Shown: positions 16,374 through 25,819 of the stretch, in pieces
How positions within the stretch are numbered: position 1 is the first letter of the stretch
Layout: each line of letters opens with the position of its first letter
NCBI GenBank assembly: GCA_013696915.1
Contig: JACCXR010000411.1
Location: forward strand, 1-39,295
Source: Euzebyaceae bacterium
Lineage (GTDB): Bacteria; Actinomycetota; Nitriliruptoria; Euzebyales; Egibacteraceae
DNA length: 39,295 bases
Reading direction: 5' to 3'
Position numbers and translations under genes: made by a program
The notes under the pieces: model-generated
Told to the model about the DNA's origin: nothing
What the model saw: the letters and a program-made list of their open reading frames with translations, nothing else
The model's database searches: none

Positions 16374-18314
16374 ATGCCGCCTAACCGCGCGCTGAGCCCC
16401 CGGGAGCTGGTCTACGGCTTCACGCTCGGGACCGACCCCCAGGTCTCGCCCAACGGCGAGCGGATCGCGTACACACTGATCACTCCGGACGAGGCCGCTC
16501 GGCCCCTTCGGCAGGTGTGGACCTGCAGGGTCGACGGCACGGAGCCGCACGCGGTCACGAGTCCAGAGGCGGCCGCGTCGGGGGTGCGGTGGTCGCCCGA
16601 CGGCGACCAGATCGCCTTCACGTCGGGCCGCGACGGGCTGTGGACGATCTGCGTCCTTGACGCAGACGCTCCAGGCGAGCCGCGGGAGCTCGTCTCACAC
16701 GCCCACGAGATCGGCGAGCTGGCCTGGGCGCCGCACGGCCAGACGATCGCGTACACCACCCTGTTCGACCCGGATAACCCCTCCGAGGAGCCGGAGCCAC
16801 AGGACGCTCCACCCAGGGTGCGCGTCACGCGCAGGCTCGACTACAAGGAGGACGGGCGGGGATACCTCGGAGACACCCGGATGCAGGTCTTCACCGTGGA
16901 CGTCACGGACGGGACACGGCGTCGCCTCACTTCTGACCCGCTCGATCACGACTGGCCGCAGTGGTCCCCCGACGGCCGGTTCCTCGGCATGCGCGTACGC
17001 CTGCAGGACCGCGCCGGCGAGCTACTGGTCGCGGTCGCCCTCGACTCGGCCGAGGTCGAGCGGATCGGCGGCGGTGAAGGGGTCACGCTCGTCCACTGGG
17101 CGTGGTCACCGGACGGCAGTCACGTGCTGATCGCGGCCGATCCCGACCGCTCCTTCCAGCCCGACTACTTCCTCCACAGCCGCGGGAGCGGGGAAACGAA
17201 GCGCCTGACGACCGACCACCGGTCGGCTCCCGACGCCGCCCCGCCGGCGTGGCTCGACGAACGGCGGGCCCTGCTCCACTCGTTCATCGCGGGGGCCAGC
17301 GCCCTGGAGTCGATCGACATCGTCACCGGTGAGGTCCAGCTGCTCGAGCGTGGAGAGACCCGCAACGCCGGGTTGAGCGTTGACCGGACGGGTCGGTACG
17401 TCGTCCAGACGGAGTCCTCGCTGAGCTCGATCGGGGAGCTCCGAGTCTTCGACCGCGACGAGAGCCGCGTGAAGACGGTCACACGACACAACGCCGACCT
17501 CCTCGAGCAAGCGCCTGCCGCAGCCTGGGAGCGCCTCTCCGTGGCGCGCGGCGAGCTCACGATCGACGCGTGGCTGTTGAAGCCGCCGGACTTTGACCCT
17601 GTCCGGCGGTACCCCGTCGTCCTCGACGTGCACGGTGGCCCGAACGGCAACTACGGCTACGGCTTCCTCGCGCACCAGCAGTGCCTGGCGACCAACGGCT
17701 TCCTGGTCGTCTTCGCGAACCCGCGCGGCTCGACGTCCTACGGCCGGCACTTCGCCTTGCAGGTCGTCCGCGACTGGGGCGGCGGTGACTACGCGGACCT
17801 GCTGGCGGTGCTCGACGAGGTCCTCGAGCGGCCCTATGCGGACACCGAACGCACGGGCATCTTCGGGATCAGCTACGGCGGGTACATGACGGCCTGGGCG
17901 ATCAGCCAGTCGGATCGCTTCCGCGCCGCTGTCTGCGGCGAACCGATCTTCGATCTCGAGTCCGACTACGGCACGAGCGACATCGCATGGAAGGGGCTCC
18001 AGCGCCACGGCGGAGGGCCTCCACACCTCGAGCGCGACTGGTACACCGACGCTTCTCCCTCGACGTACGCTCATCGCATCCGGACGCCGACGATGATCTT
18101 CCACGGCGAGGCCGATCACCGATGCCCGATCGGACAGAGCGAGCAGATGTTCGTCGCGCTGCGGCAAGCAGGCTGTGAGACCGAACTCGTCCGCTACCCG
18201 GGCGGATCGCACATGTTCTTCGCGCAAGGCCTGCCGGCCCACCGCATGGACTTTCTGACGCGCACGCTGGCCTGGTTCAAGGAGCACCTCGGCGATCCGA
18301 CCGACTCGGTGTAG
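16374..18314 (+). CDS. S9-family serine peptidase (prolyl oligopeptidase / acylaminoacyl-peptidase type) with N-terminal beta-propeller
   Basis: Propeller-type repeats (SPNGERIAYT, WSPDGDQIAF, WAPHGQTIAY, WSPDGRFL, WSPDGSHV). The C-terminal alpha/beta hydrolase carries the nucleophile elbow GISYGGYM, ...FHGEADHRCP... and ...GGSHMF. Confidence 0.88.
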   Translation: MPPNRALSPRELVYGFTLGTDPQVSPNGERIAYTLITPDEAARPLRQVWTCRVDGTEPHAVTSPEAAASGVRWSPDGDQIAFTSGRDGLWTICVLDADAPGEPRELVSHAHEIGELAWAPHGQTIAYTTLFDPDNPSEEPEPQDAPPRVRVTRRLDYKEDGRGYLGDTRMQVFTVDVTDGTRRRLTSDPLDHDWPQWSPDGRFLGMRVRLQDRAGELLVAVALDSAEVERIGGGEGVTLVHWAWSPDGSHVLIAADPDRSFQPDYFLHSRGSGETKRLTTDHRSAPDAAPPAWLDERRALLHSFIAGASALESIDIVTGEVQLLERGETRNAGLSVDRTGRYVVQTESSLSSIGELRVFDRDESRVKTVTRHNADLLEQAPAAAWERLSVARGELTIDAWLLKPPDFDPVRRYPVVLDVHGGPNGNYGYGFLAHQQCLATNGFLVVFANPRGSTSYGRHFALQVVRDWGGGDYADLLAVLDEVLERPYADTERTGIFGISYGGYMTAWAISQSDRFRAAVCGEPIFDLESDYGTSDIAWKGLQRHGGGPPHLERDWYTDASPSTYAHRIRTPTMIFHGEADHRCPIGQSEQMFVALRQAGCETELVRYPGGSHMFFAQGLPAHRMDFLTRTLAWFKEHLGDPTDSV

Positions 18315-18359
18315 GCGTGGTCTAGGTCGGTGGGTCGGTATCTCGCATGCTCGATCCCT

Positions 18360-18486
18360 CTAGGTGGCTGGTGCTTTTCGCGAAATTGTACGGAGAGTAG
18401 TCAGCGTCCGAGCCTCCGACCTGCGGCTTATGACTATGGGTAGTTGTCCTTCCGGCGAGAGGGCCCGTTTGGCTCCAGCCACCTAG
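18360..18486. repeat. 12-bp perfect inverted repeat (CTAGGTGGCTGG 18360-18371 / CCAGCCACCTAG 18475-18486) enclosing a 103-nt visibly lower-GC spacer between convergent genes
   Basis: Read directly. The right arm begins 1 nt outside the TAG stop (18483-18485, minus strand) of the ABC ATPase gene. The spacer contains the 10-bp palindrome TTTCGCGAAA (18376-18385). A third CTAGGT copy lies at 18322-18327. Confidence 0.7.
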
Positions 18487-20315
18487 GCGTCGCGGAGCCA
18501 GTCCGGTGAAGAGCGGGGCATCGACTCGACGAGCTTGACGGTGTACGGGTGTTGCGGCGCGTCGATGACCGCGTCGACCGGGCCCGACTCGACGACCGCA
18601 CCCCGGTGAAGCACATAGATCCGGTCGACCACCTGGCGCACGACCGGAAGGTCGTGCGTGATGAAGAGGTAGCCGATCCCGAGGTCAGCGCGCAGCGTCT
18701 TCAGCAGGTTCAGGATCTGGGCCTGCACGGACACGTCGAGCGCTGACACCGCCTCATCGCAGATGATCAGCCTCGGCTTGACCGCGAGGGCGCGGGCGAT
18801 GGCGACTCTCTGGCGCTCGCCGCCGGAGAGAGCCACCGGCTTGCGGGCGGCATACGAGCCGGGAAGCCCCACTTTCGCGAGCAACGCTTCCACCTCCTCG
18901 CCGACGCGGCGCGAGCGTGGCTCGTAGAGCGTGATCGCCTCCCTCAGCGTGGTACCGACGCTGCGCACCGGGTTGAGCGACGAGTAGGGGTCCTGGAAGA
19001 TGATCTGCACGACGCGGCGGAGCCGCCGGCGGTCGCCCGACGACAACGCCGCGTAGTCCGCCGCCTGGATGCCGTCGATCGTGATCCGGCCCGCGCTCGG
19101 CGTCTCGAGTCCCACGAGGCAGCGCCCGAGCGTCGTCTTCCCCGAGCCCGACTCGCCGACGAGGCCGACGCTCTCGTGCGCCCCCACCTCCAGCGACACG
19201 CCGGCGAGGGCGACCACCGCTGCGCCGCCTCTCCGTCCGACCGCACCTTCGAAGACCTTCTCGACCTGCTCCACCTCGATCAGGCGGGAGGCTGGGCGCG
19301 CGGGCCGGATCGGCGCCGGCTGCTCGACGACCACGCGCGTCTCCCGCATCGACTCACGGATCTCATGGATCCGGACGCACGCGGTCGACCGCCCGGGTGA
19401 GACAAGGGCGAGCGGCGGCCGTCCGGCCCCGCACACGGGCGCCGCCCACCGGCACCGCGGCGTGAACGGGCACATCTGCGCGACATCGTCCGGCGAGGGC
19501 ACGGCGCCGGGGATCGACGCCAGCTCCGCGAGTCGCCGGTCTCCGGGCGGCTCCGACAGGAGCAGGCCCAGCGTGTACGGATGCAGGGGCTCCGCCTCGA
19601 GCGCCGCCCCCGCGCCGACCTCGAGCAGCGAACCGGCGTAGAGGACGCAGACGCGATCACACACCGCGAAGGCGACCCGCAGATCGTGCGTGATCAGGAC
19701 GAGCCCCATCGAGCGCGCCTCCTGCAAGGACTTGAGGAGAGCGAGGAGCTCTTTCTGCGTCGTCGCATCCAGTGCGGTCGACGGCTCGTCTGCGATCAGG
19801 ATCTTCGGGTCGCCGGCGAGTGCCGCCGCGATTGCCACCCGCTGCCTCATCCCGCCCGAGAGCTCGAAGGGATAGCGGTCGATCGCATCAGCGATCCCGA
19901 CCTCCGCGAGGCGCCTGGTGGCCTCGGCCCGGCGGGCGCGCCGGCTCACGCGCCCGCCTTCGAACCGCTCGAGCACCTCCGTGATGTGGCGGCCACAGCG
20001 AAGCAGCGGGTTCAGCATCGTGAACGGGTCCTGGAGGATCAGTCCGATCTGGGAGCCGCGCACACCCCCCAGCTCGCGCTCGGGCAGGCCGATCAGCTCG
20101 CGCCCGTCGTAGGTCACTGACCCACGTGCCGAGACGCCCGGCGGCAGCAGGCCGATCACGGCGCGGGCCGTCATCGACTTGCCGCTTCCCGATTCACCGA
20201 CGATCCCGACCGTCTCGCCGGCATCCAGCGAGAGGTCGAACTCTCGGACGATCGTCCGCCGGTGGCCGCCGATCCGACTTTCGATCGTCACGCCGTGGAC
20301 CTCCAGGACCCTCAT
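18483..20315 (-). CDS. Fused double-ATPase of a peptide/nickel (Dpp/Opp-type) ABC importer, system 1
   Basis: Two Walker A motifs (GIVGESGSGKSM, GLVGESGSGKTT), two signature motifs (LSGGMRQRVAIA, LSGGERQRVAIARAL) and two oligopeptide C-terminal extensions (...HPYT...). Confidence 0.92.
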   Translation of the reverse strand: MRVLEVHGVTIESRIGGHRRTIVREFDLSLDAGETVGIVGESGSGKSMTARAVIGLLPPGVSARGSVTYDGRELIGLPERELGGVRGSQIGLILQDPFTMLNPLLRCGRHITEVLERFEGGRVSRRARRAEATRRLAEVGIADAIDRYPFELSGGMRQRVAIAAALAGDPKILIADEPSTALDATTQKELLALLKSLQEARSMGLVLITHDLRVAFAVCDRVCVLYAGSLLEVGAGAALEAEPLHPYTLGLLLSEPPGDRRLAELASIPGAVPSPDDVAQMCPFTPRCRWAAPVCGAGRPPLALVSPGRSTACVRIHEIRESMRETRVVVEQPAPIRPARPASRLIEVEQVEKVFEGAVGRRGGAAVVALAGVSLEVGAHESVGLVGESGSGKTTLGRCLVGLETPSAGRITIDGIQAADYAALSSGDRRRLRRVVQIIFQDPYSSLNPVRSVGTTLREAITLYEPRSRRVGEEVEALLAKVGLPGSYAARKPVALSGGERQRVAIARALAVKPRLIICDEAVSALDVSVQAQILNLLKTLRADLGIGYLFITHDLPVVRQVVDRIYVLHRGAVVESGPVDAVIDAPQHPYTVKLVESMPRSSPDWLRDA

Positions 20316-20352
20316 CCTTTCGGCACGGGATCGCCTGGACGGGGCGCCGCCC

Positions 20353-21216
20353 TCACCGCGCGCGCCCGCGGTCGGCGAGCCGCTCGTAGAGCCAGTCGCC
20401 GACGAGGTTCATGCTGGCGGCGGTGAGCACGATCATGCCCCCCGGCGCGAGAGCGGCCATGGGGTTGTCGAACAGCAGGAGCCGGCTCTCCGCCAGCATG
20501 CGCCCCCACTCGGCGCTCCCGGGGCCGACGCCGAGACCGAGGAAGGAGAGCGCGGAGAGGGCGACCAGGCTGAAGGCGAAGTTGAGAAAGGCGTTCGGGA
20601 GCGTGATCGGAAGGATGTTCGGAAAGATGTGGCGGAACATGATCCGCGGCGCGGGGACGCCGAGCGTGCGCGCGGCCTCGACATACGGTAACGATCGCTG
20701 CTCCAGGGTGGCACCGCGAATGATCCGCGTGTCGAACGGCGAGGTCAGCACGAGAAGCACGATCACCGCGAGCGCATAGCTGCTCCCGAGGACGCCGACC
20801 AGGACGATCGCGACGAGCAGGCCTGGAAGCGCGAACATCAGGTCGACCCAGCGCATGATCGCGGCGTCGAGCAGCCCGCCCTTGTAGCCGGCCAGGAGAC
20901 CGAGCACGTTGCCGATCACGAAAGCTCCGAGCGCGATCAGGACCGGCCCGATCAGCGCCCCGCGGGCACCGAAGATCGTCCTCGAGAAGACGTCGCGACC
21001 GACGGCATCGGTGCCGAACCAGAACTCGCTGTTGGGGGTGGTCAGGCCAACGACCAGGTTCTGGGCTTGAGGGTCGCGCGGCGCGACGAAGGGAGCGGCG
21101 AACGCCAGAAGGACGACGACGCCCACGACCAAAAAGGAGAACGCGAGAGTGAACGGCGTGCGGGGGATCCACCGCATCCGGCCCCGCCCGATCGTCGGGA
21201 TCGCATCCCCGCTCAC
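20353..21216 (-). CDS. ABC importer permease (DppC/OppC-type), system 1
   Basis: GTG 21216 overlaps the upstream stop (GTGA 21213-21216); the alternative is ATG 21177. Multi-pass hydrophobic protein with an EAA-type loop ...YVEAARTLGVPAPRIMFRHIFPN.... The upstream 380 aa of track ORF 20353..22368 are shadow. Confidence 0.88.
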   Translation of the reverse strand: MSGDAIPTIGRGRMRWIPRTPFTLAFSFLVVGVVVLLAFAAPFVAPRDPQAQNLVVGLTTPNSEFWFGTDAVGRDVFSRTIFGARGALIGPVLIALGAFVIGNVLGLLAGYKGGLLDAAIMRWVDLMFALPGLLVAIVLVGVLGSSYALAVIVLLVLTSPFDTRIIRGATLEQRSLPYVEAARTLGVPAPRIMFRHIFPNILPITLPNAFLNFAFSLVALSALSFLGLGVGPGSAEWGRMLAESRLLLFDNPMAALAPGGMIVLTAASMNLVGDWLYERLADRGRAR

Positions 21217-22178
21217 GCGGTCGTCTCGCTGTAGCTGATGCGTGGGTCGATGAAGAGGTAGATGACGTCCGTTGCCAGGTTGACCAGGATGACCACGGTC
21301 GCCAAGACCATGGACAGGCCTTGCACCATCGGCAGGTCCCTGAAGTTGACCGACTCGACGAGCAGCGCACCGATCCCCGGGAGGGCGAAGGTCACCTCGA
21401 CCAAGGCAGCTCCGGTGAGCATGAACGCCAGCATGAGCGCGCCGGCGTTCACGACCGGGATCAGTGCGTTGCGCAGCGCATAGGCGCGAAGCACGCGCCG
21501 CGGCGACAATCCGCGCGCCCGCGCGAAGGTGACGAAGTCCTGATCGAGCGCCCCGATCATGCCGGCGCGCGTCAGCCGCACCACGAGCGCTGCGCCGCCG
21601 AACGCCAACGCCAGGGCCGGCAGCGTGAGGTGCCAGAACCGATCCGCGAAGCCCTCGCCCTGTCCGAAAGCGGGGAACCAGCCGAGGAGGACTGCGAACA
21701 GGTAGAGGAGAAAGACCCCGGTCACAAAGGGGGGGGCGCTCGCGCCGACGATGCTGAACATCACGATGCCGCGATCGACGCTCGTCCGGCTCTTGACCGC
21801 CGCGAGGATGCCGAGGCTCAACCCGGCGACCATCGCCACGATGAACCCGTAGAGGCCGAGGAAGATCGTCAGGCCCATCCGGTTCAGGATCGCGTTCAGG
21901 ACAGGCTCCCCCGTCCGGATCGATTCGCCGAAGTCGAGCCTGATCGCACCGCTCACCCAGAGCCGGTACTGCTGGAGAAACGGCTCGTTGAGGTTGAAGG
22001 CCTCCCGGATCTCGTTGCGCGTCGCCGCATCGACTGCCCGACCCTGGAGCAGGACCTGCTCGGCGCTGCCGGGGGCCAGGTAGAGGAGGCTGAAGACTCC
22101 GAAGGAGATGATCATGAGCAGGACCGCGAGCGCTGCCAGACGGCGGAGGACGAAGAGCGCCAGGCCTCGGACGCTCAT
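21213..22178 (-). CDS. ABC importer permease (DppB/OppB-type), system 1
   Basis: ATG 22178 overlaps the stop of the upstream peptidase gene (ATGA 22175-22178). The product is MSVRGLALFVLRRLAALAVLLMIISFGVFSLLYLAPG...FARARGLSPRRVLRAYALRNALIPV... Confidence 0.9.
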   Translation of the reverse strand: MSVRGLALFVLRRLAALAVLLMIISFGVFSLLYLAPGSAEQVLLQGRAVDAATRNEIREAFNLNEPFLQQYRLWVSGAIRLDFGESIRTGEPVLNAILNRMGLTIFLGLYGFIVAMVAGLSLGILAAVKSRTSVDRGIVMFSIVGASAPPFVTGVFLLYLFAVLLGWFPAFGQGEGFADRFWHLTLPALALAFGGAALVVRLTRAGMIGALDQDFVTFARARGLSPRRVLRAYALRNALIPVVNAGALMLAFMLTGAALVEVTFALPGIGALLVESVNFRDLPMVQGLSMVLATVVILVNLATDVIYLFIDPRISYSETTA

Positions 22179-24064
22179 CCGCCGGAGACGAGGTGGCGGT
22201 CGAACCACTCGCGCACGCGATCCCACAGATCGAGCTGGTGGTCGAGCTCGATCCAGCCGTGCCCCTCCCGCGGATAGACCACCAGCTCCGTCTCGACGCC
22301 CGCCTCGACCAGGGCGCCGTAGAGCTCTTGCGCCTGGGACACCGGGCAGTAGGCGTCGAGCTCGCCATGGAGGATCAACGTCGGTGTTGTGCAGGTTCGC
22401 GCATGGGCGGCCGGCGAGCGCTCGAGGTAGGCGGGGAACGGCTCGGCCCCCCCGAAGAGGATGTCGTCGAGAGCGGGGATGTTTGCCGTGTAGTGCGCGC
22501 TGAGGTAGTCCGAGACGCAGGCCAGCGCCACGCTCGCGCGAAAGCGGTGGGTCTGCGTCACCGCCCAAGCGGCCATGAAGCCACCGTGGCTCGCCCCGAT
22601 GATGCCCACCCTGTCGCCGTCGCCGATCCCGCGTGCGACGCAGGACTCGACGCCCGCGAGCGTGTCTCCGAGCTCGGCTCCGCCAAGGTCGCCTACGACG
22701 GCGCGCGCGAACTCCTGCCCGCGTCCGGTGCTCCCTCGCGGGTTCGGCAGGAGCACCGCATAGCCGGCGTCAGCGAGGAGGGCCGCATGCCAGAAGCCGG
22801 ACGGGAACGCATACGACCAGGACGCGCTCGGCCCTCCGTGGATGAACGCGACCAGGGGGAGCGGCTCCTCACCGGTATCCCGGGGCCGGACCAGCAGCCC
22901 CTCGATCTCGAGGCCGTCGGGGGCATCCCAGACGATGCGCTCGGCCGGCGGCAGCGCGAGCCCGGCGAGCCCGCGGTTGACACTCGTCAGCGGACGCCAC
23001 CCCGCCTCCGGGCGCCGGAGCTCCAGCGCGGCGACCTCCGGCGGGTCGTGGAGCGTCTCGCGGATCGCGACGAGCCGCCGCTGGTCACGGTCGGCGGACA
23101 GACCCGGGGACCCGCCGAAGGTCCCTTTGCCGCGCCAGAGCTGCTCGACCGCGCCGTCGACGGTGAGCACACCGCATGCGGCCTCGAGGCCGTGGCGCGC
23201 CGTGAACCACAGTGAGGACTCCGTACACCACTCGATCGAGGTCACGTCGAGCTCTGGCGCGACGACCCTCGCCTCAGCCGCCTCCACGTCGATCACCATC
23301 ACAGTTCCGACGAGACTGCCACGGTCGCTGCAGATCCCCTCCAGGAACGCGACGCGCCCGCCCCGGGCCGAGAGCCGCGGGCAGGCGATCTGCCAGCGAG
23401 GGGCAGACAGGCTCGTGGCCGACCGGGTAGCGACATCGAGCCGCCCGAGAAAGGCGCCGTACCAGCCGCTTTCCGTCGGATCGTCTGCGAGAACGGCGAC
23501 GACCTCGTCGCCGTGCCAGTCGAACTCCCAGACGGTGAGGCCTTCGGGGCCCACCTCTGCCGTCACGCCGGTCGCGAGCTCGACGCGGTACAGGCGGCGC
23601 CACGGCCCCAAAGGATCGGCGGACCGCCGGACGTGCGGATCGTTGTCGGCACCCGCCGATGGATCACCGGCGGCGAGCACGAGCAGTGCCTCACCGGAAC
23701 CTGCCCAGCGGATGTCCTGGACAGACCCGGGAACCTCGCCCAGCGGTCGCGGGTCGCGGTCCACGGGGTCGAGGAGCCGCAGCGCCATCCGACCCCGGTC
23801 GCCGTCGCTCGAGGCGAACGCGAGGATGCTTCCGTCCGGAGCCCAGCGGGGAAGCGCGGCCGCGACCGCGCTGTCTGTCAGCGGTGCGGCGTCGCCGCCG
23901 GGCTCGACGAGCCAGAGCCGCCGCTGGGGGCCACGGCCAGGGGTCGAGAAGCCGGCGGCGACCGAGAACGCGATCCATCGGCCGTCCGGCGACTGCACCG
24001 GGTCTGCGGGCCTGAGACACCCCACGAGGCGCTCGCACGAAAGTGCCGGTGCCCGACCCGTCAT
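22175..24064 (-). CDS. Second S9-family serine peptidase (beta-propeller plus alpha/beta hydrolase), encoded inside the ABC operon
   Basis: Propeller-type repeats SPDGRWIAFS and WAPDGSILAF. Nucleophile elbow GASHGGFMAAW, then ...LILHGELDAYCP... and ...REGHGW. No signal peptide is seen. Confidence 0.88.
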   Translation of the reverse strand: MTGRAPALSCERLVGCLRPADPVQSPDGRWIAFSVAAGFSTPGRGPQRRLWLVEPGGDAAPLTDSAVAAALPRWAPDGSILAFASSDGDRGRMALRLLDPVDRDPRPLGEVPGSVQDIRWAGSGEALLVLAAGDPSAGADNDPHVRRSADPLGPWRRLYRVELATGVTAEVGPEGLTVWEFDWHGDEVVAVLADDPTESGWYGAFLGRLDVATRSATSLSAPRWQIACPRLSARGGRVAFLEGICSDRGSLVGTVMVIDVEAAEARVVAPELDVTSIEWCTESSLWFTARHGLEAACGVLTVDGAVEQLWRGKGTFGGSPGLSADRDQRRLVAIRETLHDPPEVAALELRRPEAGWRPLTSVNRGLAGLALPPAERIVWDAPDGLEIEGLLVRPRDTGEEPLPLVAFIHGGPSASWSYAFPSGFWHAALLADAGYAVLLPNPRGSTGRGQEFARAVVGDLGGAELGDTLAGVESCVARGIGDGDRVGIIGASHGGFMAAWAVTQTHRFRASVALACVSDYLSAHYTANIPALDDILFGGAEPFPAYLERSPAAHARTCTTPTLILHGELDAYCPVSQAQELYGALVEAGVETELVVYPREGHGWIELDHQLDLWDRVREWFDRHLVSGG

Positions 24065-24084
24065 TGCGGCGCCAGAAACGGCGG

Positions 24085-25779
24085 CTACGCGGACAGGTTG
24101 TCCACCCAGACCTGGTTGTACCAGAGCGGCGAGAAGTCGTCGTACTGAAGTCGCTCGCTGATCGCCATCACCGCCTCAGGCCACCAGAGGTTGAGATACG
24201 GGAGCTCCGCCGTCGTGATCCGGAGGATCTGCGAGATCGCCTCCGCCCGAACGGCCGGGTCCGTCGCGGCCTGCTGCTCCTCCAGCAGTCGTGTCACGTC
24301 GGGGTTCTGGAAGTCCGCGCGGTTGGAATCCGACCCCTCGCTGAAGACGATGGCCGGATAGTTCGCCGGGTCGGCGTAATCGGGTCCGAACGCGATGATG
24401 CCGAACGGAAAGGTGCGCGCCTCGAGATCCGCAAACCACTCCTGGGGCGTCACCTCTGTGACTTCGAGGTCGACGTTCAGCGGCGCCAGGTTCTCCCGGA
24501 GGTTCTGGAACGCGTTGCCCACCTCCGGAAGGTTGTTCGGGTACTGGACCGTGGCCGAGAAGCCATCCGGGACCGACGACTGCGCGAGCTCCTCCCTGGC
24601 CCTGTCGGGGTCGAACGAGTAGTGGGACAGCTCCTCGTAGAGCGCTGCAACCGCATCGGGCGACAGCAGCCCGCCCCACTGCGACGGGGGCACGACGCAC
24701 GACGCGACCTGCGCGTGGTCACCGAGCACGCTGCGAACGAGGCCCTCACGGTCGATCGAGTATGCGAAGGCACGCCGGACGTGGATGTCGCTCCACGGCT
24801 CCTCGGTCACGCGGAAGTAGAGCCCGATGATGGTCATACCGGGAGAGAAGATCGTCGTCGCGCCGTCGATTCCGGACCACTGGTCCGCCTGCGCCAGCGG
24901 TACCTGGAACGTGCCGTCGATCTCACCGGCTCTCATCGCGAGCTGCATGGTCTGCGGATCGGCGAAGATCTCGACAGTGATGCGCTCGATCGTCGGCTGC
25001 TCGCCCCAGTAGCTCTCGTTGCGTTCCAGGTCGATGGCATCGTCGGCGCGAAACGCCGTGATCCTGTACGGACCCGTCCCCATCGCGTTCACCGGGGTGC
25101 CGGGTGCACCGAGCTGCGACCCCAGCTCCTCGCTGAACGCCTTCGGCGTGATCGACGCGAACGTATGGACGTAGGCGAAGAACGGGTCGGGTGCGTTCAG
25201 GCGCACCGTGACCTCTGACGGGCCGGTCGCCTCGACCGAGTCGACCGAGTTGAAGTAGTACCCCATCTCGGACGCGACCTCTGGGTCGCGGTGCCGCTCC
25301 AGCGAGAACACCACGTCTTCGGTCGTGAGCGGTGTGCCGTCCCAGAACGTGACGCCGCTGCGAAGAACGAAGACGTACGTCTCCGGGTCGGGCTGCGACC
25401 ACGATTCCGCGAGCAGCGGCGTCAGCCTCAGGTCAGCGTCGTAGGTGAGCAGGGACTCGAGTGCGACGCCGAGCGGAACACCCGTCGACACGTCGAAGCC
25501 GCTCGCGTAGTCGAGGGCGCGGATGGCCGTGGTGCCCCACGTCAGCTCTTCGATCGCAGCCCCGCCGGACGGCTCCGTCCCGGTCGAGGGTGCCGTCGCC
25601 TCGGAGCTCACCGGACCGTCCGGCCCTTCGCACGCCGCGAGGACCCCCGGCAGCATGAGGGCCGCGCCGCCGACTCCGGCGCGCCTGAGCAGCTCTCGGC
25701 GCGTGAGCGCGAGGACGGTGGGCGTCTGCGGCCGCGGCCGCGGGAGCACCATGGTGTTGTGGCGTTCTCGAGCGCTCAT
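24085..25779 (-). CDS. Family-5 (peptide/nickel) ABC substrate-binding lipoprotein, system 1
   Basis: Tat-like/lipoprotein N-terminus ...TRRELLRRAGVGGAALMLPGVLAACEG. The family-5 SBP body includes ...LTPLLAESWSQPDPETYVFVLRSGVTFWDGTPLTTEDVVFSLER.... GGGAGGAG RBS lies 7 nt upstream of ATG 25779. Confidence 0.9.
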   Translation of the reverse strand: MSARERHNTMVLPRPRPQTPTVLALTRRELLRRAGVGGAALMLPGVLAACEGPDGPVSSEATAPSTGTEPSGGAAIEELTWGTTAIRALDYASGFDVSTGVPLGVALESLLTYDADLRLTPLLAESWSQPDPETYVFVLRSGVTFWDGTPLTTEDVVFSLERHRDPEVASEMGYYFNSVDSVEATGPSEVTVRLNAPDPFFAYVHTFASITPKAFSEELGSQLGAPGTPVNAMGTGPYRITAFRADDAIDLERNESYWGEQPTIERITVEIFADPQTMQLAMRAGEIDGTFQVPLAQADQWSGIDGATTIFSPGMTIIGLYFRVTEEPWSDIHVRRAFAYSIDREGLVRSVLGDHAQVASCVVPPSQWGGLLSPDAVAALYEELSHYSFDPDRAREELAQSSVPDGFSATVQYPNNLPEVGNAFQNLRENLAPLNVDLEVTEVTPQEWFADLEARTFPFGIIAFGPDYADPANYPAIVFSEGSDSNRADFQNPDVTRLLEEQQAATDPAVRAEAISQILRITTAELPYLNLWWPEAVMAISERLQYDDFSPLWYNQVWVDNLSA

Positions 25780-25819
25780 GATCCTGCTCCTCCCGCCGTG
25801 TGCGAAGGCGCTACGGCTG

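Noticed and set aside
18347-18486. Tiny ORFs inside the inverted-repeat region (ATG 18347, 17 codons; ATG 18430, 18 codons).
   Set aside because: They have no RBS, are very short and have no recognisable peptide features, so they cannot be supported from sequence alone.
18360-18486. The inverted-repeat unit read as a MITE or insertion element.
   Set aside because: No flanking direct (target-site) duplication is present, and there is no transposase anywhere in the window. The right arm abuts a native stop codon. It is kept as a repeat of unknown role rather than called mobile.
20353-22568. N-terminal extensions of track ORFs (20353..22368, 21213..22568, 5229..7652, 305..1126, 33121..35076, 34763..37192, 781..2661, 8645..9253, 26019..27791).
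   Set aside because: The extensions overlap the upstream gene or promoter region and are low-complexity. Internal starts with an RBS or ATGA/GTGA coupling give products that begin where family homology begins.
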